The translations under genes were made by a program, and so were the position numbers. A stretch of 64,000 bases of DNA from a virus. The DNA lies in the IMG/VR virus record IMGVR_UViG_3300037840_000148, positions 32,001-96,000 of that record; one strand, 5' to 3'. Positions 10,601-18,851 of this stretch are shown piece by piece. Numbering within the stretch: the stretch's first letter is position 1; every line of letters begins with the position of its first letter. Below the pieces are notes generated by a model. The model was not told the DNA's origin and did not search any database. It saw only the letters and a program-made list of their open reading frames with translations.

Positions 10601-12897
10601 ATGAAAGTGACAGTCAAGATACCCGGGTGCCGTTTATTAATGAATCCGGCGCTATCAGGTCGAATTTCACGACAGGTCGTGCTGGTAGGACGTTGTCATT
10701 CAGCGTTCCGAAAGACGGTGTCAATCCGGAACAAATTGATGCCATGAAGGCCGCCGTCCATCAAGGACTCGGCCGAAACGGTCAGTTGCGTATCGAGACC
10801 GCCGACTCGCCGACGAACCTTAAGAATTCAATCAAGGATTTTGCTACTGCTAATAATGTAGAACCAATGCTTCGGGAGATTGGTGTCCACCCAGAGCAGT
10901 CTAAAAAACTGGATTTACACGCCGAAAAAGAAGAATACAAAGAGTCGCCTGGTTGGACTGAAAAAGCCATCCGGATGGCTAAAGATCAAGGCGGGGCGTT
11001 CTCGATAGACACCAAATCGGGCGAAGCGCCAAAAACCGGCTATATGGTTGAAGCTCGGCCGGAATCTAGAATTTATCTAAATCACGAAGCTACTCCGGAA
11101 GATCTGCAAAAATTCCACGATGATAACCGAGAGTACCTAGCCGAACACCCTGATTTGCATGTCGGGGGTTGGTACGACGCCGATAAAGGTAAGAACGAAT
11201 TAAATATCTCGGCGCGAACTGAAGACAAAAATCGAGCTATCGATTTAGCTAAAAAGTTAGATCAAGTTGCCATCTACGATTTGAATAAAGGCGAGCCAAT
11301 CGAGACTGGCGGAAAAAGCGAGCAAATTGAGTTTCCTGATTATCCTTTAAATCAGCGGATGGCAAACCTGCGCGGCGAAAGTAAGCCTTACGATGAGAAG
11401 ACTAGTCAACGTATTAGTTCAAGATTCCCTACTGCCGTTAGTGCGTCTGAAGACCCGATGGGCCATAATTTAACACTAGACGTTAATAAGATCCTTGAGC
11501 GCCCGAAGGTAGCACAAGCTTTATCAGAAAAGATTCTGAAACAGAATAAAAGCATGGTCTTTACGCCGGAAGAAAAAGCCAACCCGAAAGATTTATTTGA
11601 TTCATTTATCAGGCAGGCTAAAGATAATATAAAATATGTTTACAACCAGGCCCGGGCTTCAGGGAATCATATCGCCGACCGTATCTGGTATGACGGCGCA
11701 CACAATTTCGGAACGCGGGACGCGGAAGTTTACGGTTTAGAGCCGAGACAAAACTTTGCGACTATAGCAACCCAATCTCCTCAGAAAGATTGGAACCAAA
11801 ACGTATCTTTATATGAACGCTTGACGGACGCCGTCCTCAATAAACCGGATGTTAAGTTCACACCGGAAATGAACACGAAGGCAAATCAGTTTATTCGCGA
11901 GATTGCTAAAACTAATAGCAAGCGAGCCGCGCAAGGAAAATCACAGATCGATCCTTGGGTCGACCGAAAACTGATTAATAAGCTGAAAGGCAAGTCTCTG
12001 GATGATTTGAGTAATCCTGTAGAGAAAGCTGCCTGGGTTCGTTTGTACGACGAGGCACACAACCCCCGGGAATTTCATGAAATAGCCCCGGATGGAACTA
12101 AGAAGGGCATCGTGATGCTGAAGGGCACCAACACCCCTGAAAAAGTGGCTTGGGGCGGTCTAGACAGCATCGCGAAAGGAATTTCTGTCCTGCAAGACGG
12201 TTCTTTGGAAAACATCAGCAGAAATCTCGGCGAAGCCCATAAAGTAAGAAGCTTTTATAACAACATCGCCGAGCCAAACAGCCCGCACGAAGATGTCACG
12301 GCGGATACTCACCACGTTGGCTTGAGTTTGATGCGGCCGGTTGCTGGGTCTGATGCTGAACCGGCATTAAATTTCGGCGGTAACGGTTCGACGATAACAG
12401 GGACTCATGGAACGTATCCGTTGTATGTCGAAGCAACTAGACAAGCTATGCGTGAACTGAATGCCGAACATCCTGATGATCCACCGATGCAGTATCCTCG
12501 TCAACTTCAATCTGTTGCTTGGGTTGAATGGCGAAAAATGTTTCCACCGGAATCTAGGACTGAAGCAACTAAAAATAGTGTAAACTCAATATGGAAGGAA
12601 CACCTTGATGGAAAAATCACAGCCGACGAAGCAAGACAACAAGTCTCAGAATTCGCACGTCGATTACGTTCTGGACTGGATGAGGGAGAACAACGTCCCG
12701 CTGACGAAGGAAAACTACCTGCACATCAATTACATGGGGCAGGAAGTTCCACCGGAAGCGGAACAGGATCTTCCGCCGGAACTGAAGTACCGGCAAGAGC
12801 AGTAAAAATCAACCCGAAGAAACAAGCCGCCGCTAACGGCTGGCTCGGCATGATGCAGTCAACGAAAACCGGACAGAAGAGTCTAGGAACAAAATAA
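7690..12897 (+). CDS. Large multidomain internal virion protein with zincin (M41-like) peptidase and C-terminal HhH-glycosylase-like domain
   Basis: 1735 aa; HEWGH..LGGAAADE..GGD; C-terminal WYDGAH..ATQSPQKDWNQN..KVRSFYNNI..VTADTH..LQSVAW. Confidence 0.65.
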   Translation: MATGNDVNQTIPIDLNPSGVNDVSTPGMISIDQNPVAPEPQLAAPQNIPNQQTPRNIPKTADKPPIISPTQTVPMFSPNGDLGDIPTERVHDAIKAGGIIGTPVVAPDGSHGVVPASRLHEALKAGGKIDPDGWAPMHHTPGILEKVTGLPITATGPGTIGADVTNRWNAATPKNPDLNAPYQSTGQLPAPSVITPPEAHEELSKGVVANAMTPYERQQHPFLAAGLDFAGGMTSPENFAIMVGSGGLGKLPGPAGQIIAKALSSGFGLMSVYAAVKESPQFMDALAKGDEPGAKEALMKIVLNIAAGEMAAEHVIPGFKPTLGAVGESAEAGTQALGAAATEYGGKAVDAVKKAGEVAGAVGGVVKGAGQKAAETVTQPVKMMNEGSEERLIRSMSGSAGVNERDLKENATRMLPYLVEQNKTSKVSTPEDLAEAMHDQKTKLWNDKLGGKHPGETIDGDKIAQDIKDGINTSTRRHFPEVTEALEKWADTFKGPYQLDEAMQAITDFNSKLRNFYKQSPSEQYRMAAADPKLGILQDAADSLRDHAFDKLSELGEKNIPELRKDYGALNQWQRVAEKRAVVYGRQAPVDFKQSMGAVAAVASGHPLAAAIPFVTKYLNSPEHLIESAIKKASKTTTATPPETPTEQPNPTKATAGPGLGSKIDLPAYNLPTEPAQNVPADRRAEGTLPADVHKHEWGHITNAAIEDFGTEGIKSDSHPDLAGQKKTAAATIIFHGVDFDDPESVARNSGRILSTILGGAAADELHSQIPFEINRMAGGDVKLLKDIFKKVGFSDDEIDGAIRYGLDRAKRNLTKPGIGDILQANAKVREADLHPDYHASPERTEAYANEVRRIRDENNRAGKTAVQGNDEANAGEPGNKSPKVDAGTEGEISGEGTKRSLPATAVVTPDEEESKEPVTARDAFENIKKKYGESSNAAKTGEGASFITPEGKFVHLGTDDHPQVIKKAGYESDSQDTRVPFINESGAIRSNFTTGRAGRTLSFSVPKDGVNPEQIDAMKAAVHQGLGRNGQLRIETADSPTNLKNSIKDFATANNVEPMLREIGVHPEQSKKLDLHAEKEEYKESPGWTEKAIRMAKDQGGAFSIDTKSGEAPKTGYMVEARPESRIYLNHEATPEDLQKFHDDNREYLAEHPDLHVGGWYDADKGKNELNISARTEDKNRAIDLAKKLDQVAIYDLNKGEPIETGGKSEQIEFPDYPLNQRMANLRGESKPYDEKTSQRISSRFPTAVSASEDPMGHNLTLDVNKILERPKVAQALSEKILKQNKSMVFTPEEKANPKDLFDSFIRQAKDNIKYVYNQARASGNHIADRIWYDGAHNFGTRDAEVYGLEPRQNFATIATQSPQKDWNQNVSLYERLTDAVLNKPDVKFTPEMNTKANQFIREIAKTNSKRAAQGKSQIDPWVDRKLINKLKGKSLDDLSNPVEKAAWVRLYDEAHNPREFHEIAPDGTKKGIVMLKGTNTPEKVAWGGLDSIAKGISVLQDGSLENISRNLGEAHKVRSFYNNIAEPNSPHEDVTADTHHVGLSLMRPVAGSDAEPALNFGGNGSTITGTHGTYPLYVEATRQAMRELNAEHPDDPPMQYPRQLQSVAWVEWRKMFPPESRTEATKNSVNSIWKEHLDGKITADEARQQVSEFARRLRSGLDEGEQRPADEGKLPAHQLHGAGSSTGSGTGSSAGTEVPARAVKINPKKQAAANGWLGMMQSTKTGQKSLGTK
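10129..10157 (+). promoter_or_regulatory. Internal sigma70 promoter inside the 1735-aa gene
   Basis: TTGACA (10129-10134), 17-nt spacer ending in TGa, TATATT (10152-10157). Confidence 0.7.
10259..10414 (+). CDS. Nested overprinted 51-aa protein (+1 frame)
   Basis: MKTTEQEKQPFKGTTKQMLENLEINLQKWTPEQKAKFREKVLSEVSQPQQS; SD TAAGGAG 8 nt upstream; promoter about 100 nt upstream; below the ORF-track cutoff. Confidence 0.65.
   Translation: MKTTEQEKQPFKGTTKQMLENLEINLQKWTPEQKAKFREKVLSEVSQPQQS
12608..12805 (+). CDS. Nested overprinted 65-aa protein (+1 frame)
   Basis: SD AAGGA 8 nt before ATG; globular-looking DYVLDWMRENNVPLTKENYLHINY..EAEQDLPPEL while the host frame turns low-complexity. Confidence 0.65.
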   Translation: MEKSQPTKQDNKSQNSHVDYVLDWMRENNVPLTKENYLHINYMGQEVPPEAEQDLPPELKYRQEQ

Positions 12898-12909
12898 TAG
12901 GAGGATAAT

Positions 12910-13128
12910 ATGCGACAAGAAAACGGCGGAGGCGACAAACTCGCTTCCGGAGCAGCGCGGGCGTCATTTAGAACTTCAAATTCTAAAGTTACAGCCGAGA
13001 AATGGGCGGCTATCTGGGATGACTATGAACCAGAATCAAAAATCCGTAGTAGTGATTCCAACGCTCCGTCGACCGGAGATGTTAGCTCTGACGCTACAGC
13101 ATCTGTCCCAGACGCGACAGGCTTCTAG
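12910..13128 (+). CDS. Small hypothetical protein overlapping the next gene
   Basis: Strong SD AGGAGG; 72 aa. Confidence 0.6.
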   Translation: MRQENGGGDKLASGAARASFRTSNSKVTAEKWAAIWDDYEPESKIRSSDSNAPSTGDVSSDATASVPDATGF

Positions 13129-13795
13129 TCTAGACGTCCGGATCTACGTCGATCATACGACGGAACAAAGACTTGATGAAGTAGAATACGTCCGAGATAC
13201 GTTCTTCCCGACGGCGGATATTTTTCACGCCGCGACACACGTCTTGTGCCCGGGCGGGACGTGGAACATCCTGCAATCCCTGAAATCCGGATATGAAACT
13301 GGTGTGGAATTTATTTTCTTCGTTGAGGAAGACGTCTTTGTCCGGCCGGAATTCTTCGATAGGCATCTAGAGATGCAGGCGAGCGGCGATTACTTCGTGA
13401 CATGCGGCAGAAAGCTACCGAATAGAGATGAGTTTTACTATTCCAACCCCGGGACGTGTTACCGCCGCGAGAAGTTGGCTTTAGTCATTCCACATATCAA
13501 CGATAGATACTTTGCGGATCAAGCTGGATACGTCGAGGAACATTTTCCTAATATGCAGGACGCTGGAACTAACGATGACGGTTTGATTCGGCGCGTGATG
13601 CAATCCGTTGGCGGAAAAGCTTTATGCGCCGTCCCGCCAACTGCCTACCATCAAGGGTTTCACTATTACAACCGGATGCCGCAATTCACGGTCGAGGGAA
13701 CACTACCAGAGAAGATTGAACAACTAAAGGTTTTGTTACAGAAGGTTAATCCGAAAGATCGATATTCATCCGACTTCGAGCCATTTAATGGCTGA
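13019..13795 (+). CDS. GT-A glycosyltransferase, GT13/POMGNT1-like
   Basis: VVVIPTLRRPEML..IYVD..FVEEDVFVRPEFF, compare POMGNT1 NRPNYL..VFID..LEEDLDIAVDFF. Confidence 0.7.
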   Translation: MTMNQNQKSVVVIPTLRRPEMLALTLQHLSQTRQASSLDVRIYVDHTTEQRLDEVEYVRDTFFPTADIFHAATHVLCPGGTWNILQSLKSGYETGVEFIFFVEEDVFVRPEFFDRHLEMQASGDYFVTCGRKLPNRDEFYYSNPGTCYRREKLALVIPHINDRYFADQAGYVEEHFPNMQDAGTNDDGLIRRVMQSVGGKALCAVPPTAYHQGFHYYNRMPQFTVEGTLPEKIEQLKVLLQKVNPKDRYSSDFEPFNG

Positions 13796-14231
13796 ATAAT
13801 TTAGCCGTAAGCCACAGACAGACGAAGTGCATCGTGTTGTCATTCAGGATATAGACGGGCGCGGCGAAGGCGACCTTCCAGACATTCTGTTGTAATTCGT
13901 TAGGTGTAGGCCGGGCGCAAAGCGGGGCTTCCTTCCAAACTTCATGCATCGTATATCCGTTTTTCCACTTCAGGATATACGTCGCTAATGACCAGCGATC
14001 AATCAACCAATGTGGAATCGCAATTAACGCCAAAAACGGCAACGACCATATTCCAGAAAAAAGCGCGACAGCCAACGTGTACAAAAAGACGTGAATCGTG
14101 CAAGCAATATGCCCCCTCTTCCCCGGTTGACTCTTCTCGGTAGCCATCCATTGATTTTGAAGTAAATAATCTCCTACAAAATGTCCTAACATCGCATTGA
14201 TAAAGATTATGGAAGGCGTCATCGGCTCCAT
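13785..14231 (-). CDS. DUF3307-like membrane protein
   Basis: GHFVGDYLLQNQWMA..H..HWLID..DNTMH with hydrophobic helices. Confidence 0.75.
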   Translation of the reverse strand: MEPMTPSIIFINAMLGHFVGDYLLQNQWMATEKSQPGKRGHIACTIHVFLYTLAVALFSGIWSLPFLALIAIPHWLIDRWSLATYILKWKNGYTMHEVWKEAPLCARPTPNELQQNVWKVAFAAPVYILNDNTMHFVCLWLTAKLFSH

Positions 14232-14273
14232 TCCTTAATCTTCTTATTAAATTTCTGCTTCGGCCGTGCGGCA

Positions 14274-14582
14274 TTAGTTTCCTGCCTCAACTTCTCGTAA
14301 GCTTCCCTCGATTTCGGATTCTTTCTCTCGCGATGTCCGATTGTCCCTTTCATATTTCCTCCGCTCATCTTCGATTTTAAATATCTCTCGATTTATAGCT
14401 TCTTCCTCGGCCCATGTTCCGTACTTCCTTACTTGACTGCGCTTCAAAATCAAACTGATCGCTTTCTCGTGGAAGCCGTCGACGATTTTCTGTTGTTCTT
14501 TTGTCATTAGAACTTTATCCCATAAACAATCGCGTAATAAATTACATAAACCCAACCGCAAATCGCGTGCAGGATTGCCCAA
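14274..14582 (-). CDS. Hypothetical protein (start may be 14507)
   Basis: Charged helical ORF in co-oriented run. Confidence 0.45.
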   Translation of the reverse strand: MGNPARDLRLGLCNLLRDCLWDKVLMTKEQQKIVDGFHEKAISLILKRSQVRKYGTWAEEEAINREIFKIEDERRKYERDNRTSREKESEIEGSLREVEAGN

Positions 14583-14673
14583 CCTACGCTATGCCACTTT
14601 AACCATGACAAAATTCCCGATACAATACATCCTAGTGTTGCAAAAGAACTCGACTCATTCGACATAACGTCTC

Positions 14674-14841
14674 CTATGTGCGCCAAAATTTATCTTTTCT
14701 ATATTCTTTCCGTTCCAGATGTAGTTCTCGCTTCAGTCTTTCAAATTGCCCTGTTTCAAGATAACAGCCGTAGTTTCCCTTCCGGCAATAACAACCGGTT
14801 AATGAGCTAACAATTAAAATAGCAGTAATAATTTTTATCAT
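14674..14841 (-). CDS. Small lipoprotein
   Basis: MIKIITAILIVSSLTG-C lipobox; TAATG coupling to upstream gene. Confidence 0.55.
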   Translation of the reverse strand: MIKIITAILIVSSLTGCYCRKGNYGCYLETGQFERLKRELHLERKEYRKDKFWRT

Positions 14842-15131
14842 TATTGTCTCGATAGCATGATATCGCCGACAGCATAAGTAACTGACCCGCATTTCAAAAG
14901 ATTTGTTCTCTTGTCGCCTTCACCGACGCTTGGTATCGCTTCGCACTTCAAGATGACGTCATCCGGTTCATCACCGGCAATCCTCGTGACCTTGATCTTC
15001 GCCGGGATTAGCGGCTCTAGGACGGCTTGCTCGCCCTTATGGCGAATTAAATGGAACGCGATTAATCCGCTGTCGGCATTTAGCGTCGTTCCTAATATCA
15101 AGATTAAGGTCACGAGGATGGCGAATTTCAT
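14841..15131 (-). CDS. Hypothetical exported protein
   Basis: N-terminal signal MKFAILVTLILILGTTLNA. Confidence 0.6.
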   Translation of the reverse strand: MKFAILVTLILILGTTLNADSGLIAFHLIRHKGEQAVLEPLIPAKIKVTRIAGDEPDDVILKCEAIPSVGEGDKRTNLLKCGSVTYAVGDIMLSRQ

Positions 15132-15553
15132 TATTTTTTGCCTTTTGTCTTAATAAAATGTTCAATTCTACGGATCGCAACCCGAACCCGTTGTCTTGGT
15201 GTTTTTGCTTTATCGTATGCTTCAGCATATCTCTCTGGCCAATAATCATCCGTATCAGACGAGTGCTGCGTTTTTATCAAGAACAACCTATCCGCCTGTT
15301 TTTCTGTGATATTTAAAGCTTCGATAGCATTACAGCGAACATCGCCCCAATATTTGTCATCACCACAAAGTGTTTTTTCGATGTTGTTATGCAAAATATA
15401 GGCCGCGCCAGCCAGACAACAGACGGTTCCGCACGGCGGGGTTTGTAAAACAGAACCTATTGTATCGGCCGGTTTAACACCTTCGGTCATATCGAAACGT
15501 CGTGGTTCTCGAAGCAAAAACCTTTCAATCCTGCGAAGTAATTTAGTATTCAT
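15131..15553 (-). CDS. Hypothetical phage protein
   Basis: 140 aa with CGTVCCLAG motif; SD AAGGA. Confidence 0.65.
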   Translation of the reverse strand: MNTKLLRRIERFLLREPRRFDMTEGVKPADTIGSVLQTPPCGTVCCLAGAAYILHNNIEKTLCGDDKYWGDVRCNAIEALNITEKQADRLFLIKTQHSSDTDDYWPERYAEAYDKAKTPRQRVRVAIRRIEHFIKTKGKK

Positions 15554-15570
15554 GTCTTTCCTTTCTAATT

Positions 15571-16563
15571 TTAGTTTGTTGGAATTTTAAATCCATATCC
15601 CGCCTTTAATGCGTATTCTTTTCTTGTTGTTAAATCTTGACCAATTTTTATATATCTATCTGTAATATCGGCATTGCTTGAATGCCCCATCCAATACCGC
15701 ATCAAACTCCTCGGGATATTCTGGCTTTCAAGGTGAGTCGCCCTGAACCGCCGGAAAGCGTGAAAACCCTCCGTAATCCCGACGTCTTCTAGTTGATCGT
15801 AGGCCGTTTCAACCCTGACGTGACCGCCAAGGCTATTTTGGAACAAAAAGCCCGTCTCGGGGAGTTTCGCATCGATTAAATACTGGTTTACGTCCGAGTG
15901 GAGGTCAACTTCCCTGTTCCCGGCTTCCGTCTTGGGTTGTGGCTCGATACGGCCGCGGACTAGTGTACTCTTTACCACCACGACGGCTTTTAGGGGGTTC
16001 CAATACGAGAAGCCATAAGTGCCTCCTAGAGGGATTTTTTCCGGTATTATGCCGCAGCCCGGAACAGTAGATCCATAAGTCGTTGTATGGTGCCCTTGTA
16101 AAGCTAAGGCTTCCCCTACACGAAGACCTGACGCCGCAAGTAGTATCAGAAGACTCCTAACCTGCTTTGGTGCCTGTAATAGGCTCGTATCGATTTGTTC
16201 CGGGGTTACAATAGGCGCGTCGACTTCCTGCTGATTCACGATAGGCAGGTCGATAAAGTCATGATTCCACTTCCGTGGGTATAACTCGTTGCCATTCAAA
16301 TCAGTAGCAGACGAAATTACAGCCTTCACGACGTTGAAAATCTGATTGATTGTCGAGGCGGCTAAACCGACGTTATTCAACTCCGCTATAAAAGCCTTCA
16401 TTTTGCCGTTATCGACATACTCAAGATCCGCGTCGCCTAATCTCGGCAAAATGTGATTGTTCAAATATGAATCATAGATTCGGACGGTCGCTGGCCGGAC
16501 AGGCGAACGACGACGCGTTTGAATCCATTCGATGTATTTCACGGCTTGTTGTTCGAATTTCAT
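15571..16563 (-). CDS. Tyrosine recombinase / integrase
   Basis: SAM-like N-domain (HILPRLG, LAASTIN); SGLRVGEALAL, KT, HAFRR, MGH, Y catalytic set. Confidence 0.9.
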   Translation of the reverse strand: MKFEQQAVKYIEWIQTRRRSPVRPATVRIYDSYLNNHILPRLGDADLEYVDNGKMKAFIAELNNVGLAASTINQIFNVVKAVISSATDLNGNELYPRKWNHDFIDLPIVNQQEVDAPIVTPEQIDTSLLQAPKQVRSLLILLAASGLRVGEALALQGHHTTTYGSTVPGCGIIPEKIPLGGTYGFSYWNPLKAVVVVKSTLVRGRIEPQPKTEAGNREVDLHSDVNQYLIDAKLPETGFLFQNSLGGHVRVETAYDQLEDVGITEGFHAFRRFRATHLESQNIPRSLMRYWMGHSSNADITDRYIKIGQDLTTRKEYALKAGYGFKIPTN

Positions 16564-16569
16564 AATTCA

Positions 16570-16598
16570 ACGGTATCACAACTCAAAACGGTTGTCAA
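16570..16598 (-). promoter_or_regulatory. sigma70 promoter, likely leaderless integrase mRNA
   Basis: TTGACA-N17-TACCGT with TGn; ATG 6 nt after the -10; no SD. Confidence 0.55.
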
Positions 16599-16837
16599 GT
16601 CTTTTTATTTTTATTACGTTTTTCAAATCTCTTATTGATTGCTTTTTCTTCGCCCCAATGTTTCTCACACAACCAAGCGCCGTTTTCTTTCCTATGAAAG
16701 CCTTCCTTGCCACAAATTTCATATTGTGCGCCACCCATTAAGTTACCGGGATCATAAACAGACGGCGCGGTTCCTGGTCGAGCGGAGCCCTCGATATAAA
16801 TGCTCCTACGGCACGGATGGATATTTTCAGTCTTCAT
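16595..16837 (-). CDS. Hypothetical protein (Cys/His)
   Basis: 80 aa ending in WLCEKH; SD AAGGA. Confidence 0.55.
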   Translation of the reverse strand: MKTENIHPCRRSIYIEGSARPGTAPSVYDPGNLMGGAQYEICGKEGFHRKENGAWLCEKHWGEEKAINKRFEKRNKNKKT

Positions 16838-16857
16838 TCCTTCACTCCTTCATTCCT

Positions 16858-17901
16858 TCACTCCTTCTTTCCTTCATCATATCCGATTGAAAAACCCAAC
16901 CGCGTTGAGTTCTTTTTCAGCGTCTTTAATTTGAAATTCTTCTGGAGTCGTTCTAGTGTTTCATCGACAGGTATATCAAGGCAGAGATACGTCGAGGCAA
17001 TTTCACGGAGATACGCTAGACTCAAGCCTTCCGTTTTATCGACAAGATGTTTCAAATCTTCTTCAGAAATTTGATCCTGCGTGACGTATTTCAAATACGC
17101 CGCCCGCGTTTCTGCTTCCGGGGCGTGGATTCCGATGACGAGATCGAAACGTCCCGGCCGCTTGATGAAACGATCCGCTAGAAGTTCCGGCTGGTTGGTG
17201 GTCGCCAGATGAGTGATGTTATTAACTTGATTTTGACCGTCAAGAAGTGACAGCGCCGCCTTGACTTCCCGGTTACCTTGGTCCCCCGAGAATGTCCCCT
17301 CGATATCTTCCATTACGGTCATGATCGGTCTAGACGGTTCGATCTGCCGGAAGTGTTGGATGCAGATATTCGCGGTATCAAAGTCATCAATCAGAAAGAT
17401 CACGCCGCCAATTTTAATTAGGTCTCTGCTAAGAAGACTAATGATGCTGGTCTTGCCGCACCCTGGCTCGCCGTATAAAAGGACGCCTCTCTTTTGCAGT
17501 AGATGGTATTTTTCATACCGATCAGCCCGAGACCAAAATAGTCGAATTTGATCCATCAAGTACTTCGACGGCAAGCCAGGCAAATCAACGGCTTCGTCCG
17601 CCGGTGCCGTGACCGGCGAATAGACTTTATGACCGTCTTCGACGTCAAGCGTATAAAGCCCGGGCGGCAGGACTCGTCGGACGTCATCAACGCTTCTATA
17701 CGATCCGTTACCTAACGCCCAACCGTGCTTTTTATTTTGACTAGTTTCTTTTTTCAACGGTAACCATCCTTTTTCTTCTCTATTATAAAGTTTTGCAAAT
17801 TTCTTCATTACATCATCTAAACTACTTAATGAAGACACAAAAGAACCAGGACTTTTAGATTTAGCCGGTTTTGCGGGTGATATTCCTGATTTTCTCGCCA
17901 T
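16858..17901 (-). CDS. AAA+ ATPase
   Basis: Walker A GEPGCGKT, Walker B VMEDIE, ATTN, RPGRFD. Confidence 0.9.
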   Translation of the reverse strand: MARKSGISPAKPAKSKSPGSFVSSLSSLDDVMKKFAKLYNREEKGWLPLKKETSQNKKHGWALGNGSYRSVDDVRRVLPPGLYTLDVEDGHKVYSPVTAPADEAVDLPGLPSKYLMDQIRLFWSRADRYEKYHLLQKRGVLLYGEPGCGKTSIISLLSRDLIKIGGVIFLIDDFDTANICIQHFRQIEPSRPIMTVMEDIEGTFSGDQGNREVKAALSLLDGQNQVNNITHLATTNQPELLADRFIKRPGRFDLVIGIHAPEAETRAAYLKYVTQDQISEEDLKHLVDKTEGLSLAYLREIASTYLCLDIPVDETLERLQKNFKLKTLKKNSTRLGFSIGYDEGKKE

Positions 17902-18125
17902 CAGGATCTCGGATACGCTAGACTCCACGTACTACGGTAAACAGGCCGAAGTTCGTACGGTCCATCGAATTGACCCGGCCTGCGGTATATTCTCATCTCG
18001 CCGATTTTTTCACAACCACTAAAACGGATGACTTGCTTTTCTAATTCATCGCCGTGTCTCCGAAGATCTTCATACATTTGATCGCGTTTATCTTTATCCG
18101 GCGTTGTAATGACTTCTATATTCAT
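17901..18125 (-). CDS. Hypothetical protein
   Basis: 74 aa; SD GAGGAG; coupled to ATPase start. Confidence 0.6.
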   Translation of the reverse strand: MNIEVITTPDKDKRDQMYEDLRRHGDELEKQVIRFSGCEKIGEMRIYRRPGQFDGPYELRPVYRSTWSLAYPRS

Positions 18126-18194
18126 ACGACTAACTCCTCGATGATTCCAATGACTTCCGACAAGACTAAAATCCCTACTGTGATTCCCATTCCT

Positions 18195-18479
18195 TCAAAC
18201 ATCAAAAGACTGAGATACCCGCCGATTCTTAATCCGGACTTCATGAAACTGACTTTTGTATGCCAAATCATCTATTCTCCCGTGTTCTCTTATATATTGA
18301 CCGCGTTTTACCCGCCAGTAAGACTCTAAGCAATCCTTTGAACAAAAATAAATATCAAGCTTTTCATCCCAGACAAAACCCCGTTTTTCTATTCGCCAGC
18401 CCGCTGAAAGAAACCAACCAGGCGGTTCATTTCTGGGTTTATCTGAACCACAACGTTTACAAATATGGCTTTCTTTCAT
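18195..18479 (-). CDS. FCS/TRASH-type zinc-finger protein
   Basis: CKRCG...FCSKDC. Confidence 0.5.
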   Translation of the reverse strand: MKESHICKRCGSDKPRNEPPGWFLSAGWRIEKRGFVWDEKLDIYFCSKDCLESYWRVKRGQYIREHGRIDDLAYKSQFHEVRIKNRRVSQSFDV

Positions 18480-18638
18480 AAATCTTTTTTATATTTTCGT
18501 TTAAGATAGCGATCTTTACAATCAAAAGAACAAAAATATTCACCTCTCTCCGCACTTGCCCACCAATGCTCGCCTTTCGGTTCTTTCGCGCCACATCGTT
18601 TGCAATGAGGTTTATGTTTACCATCCCAAATGCCCTCA

Positions 18639-18851
18639 TTACCGGGATGCATTTAATCTTTTTCCTTTAGCAATAAAATTAGCTTTATATGCTTCTAGAC
18701 ACTCTTTAGAACAAAAACTAAAAGTCGGATTGGTAAAATCAGCACACCAAAATGCTGGAACTACCTTGATATCTTCGCCACACCGCTTACAACGTATCGG
18801 CTTTTTCTTACGCGGTAACGTAACTGTCAGATGGTACGGATAAAATTTCAC
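18639..18851 (-). CDS. FCS/TRASH-type zinc-finger protein
   Basis: CKRCG...FCSKEC. Confidence 0.5.
   Translation of the reverse strand: MKFYPYHLTVTLPRKKKPIRCKRCGEDIKVVPAFWCADFTNPTFSFCSKECLEAYKANFIAKGKRLNASR

Noticed and set aside
14576-14600. Fourth copy of the phage-specific motif (GTGGCATAGCGTAGGTTGGG)
   Set aside because: Lacks ATGGT and has a 3-nt shorter spacer; at best degenerate
14674-15131. Two-component spanin
   Set aside because: Lipoprotein present, but the partner is not coiled-coil and the pair is far from the endolysin
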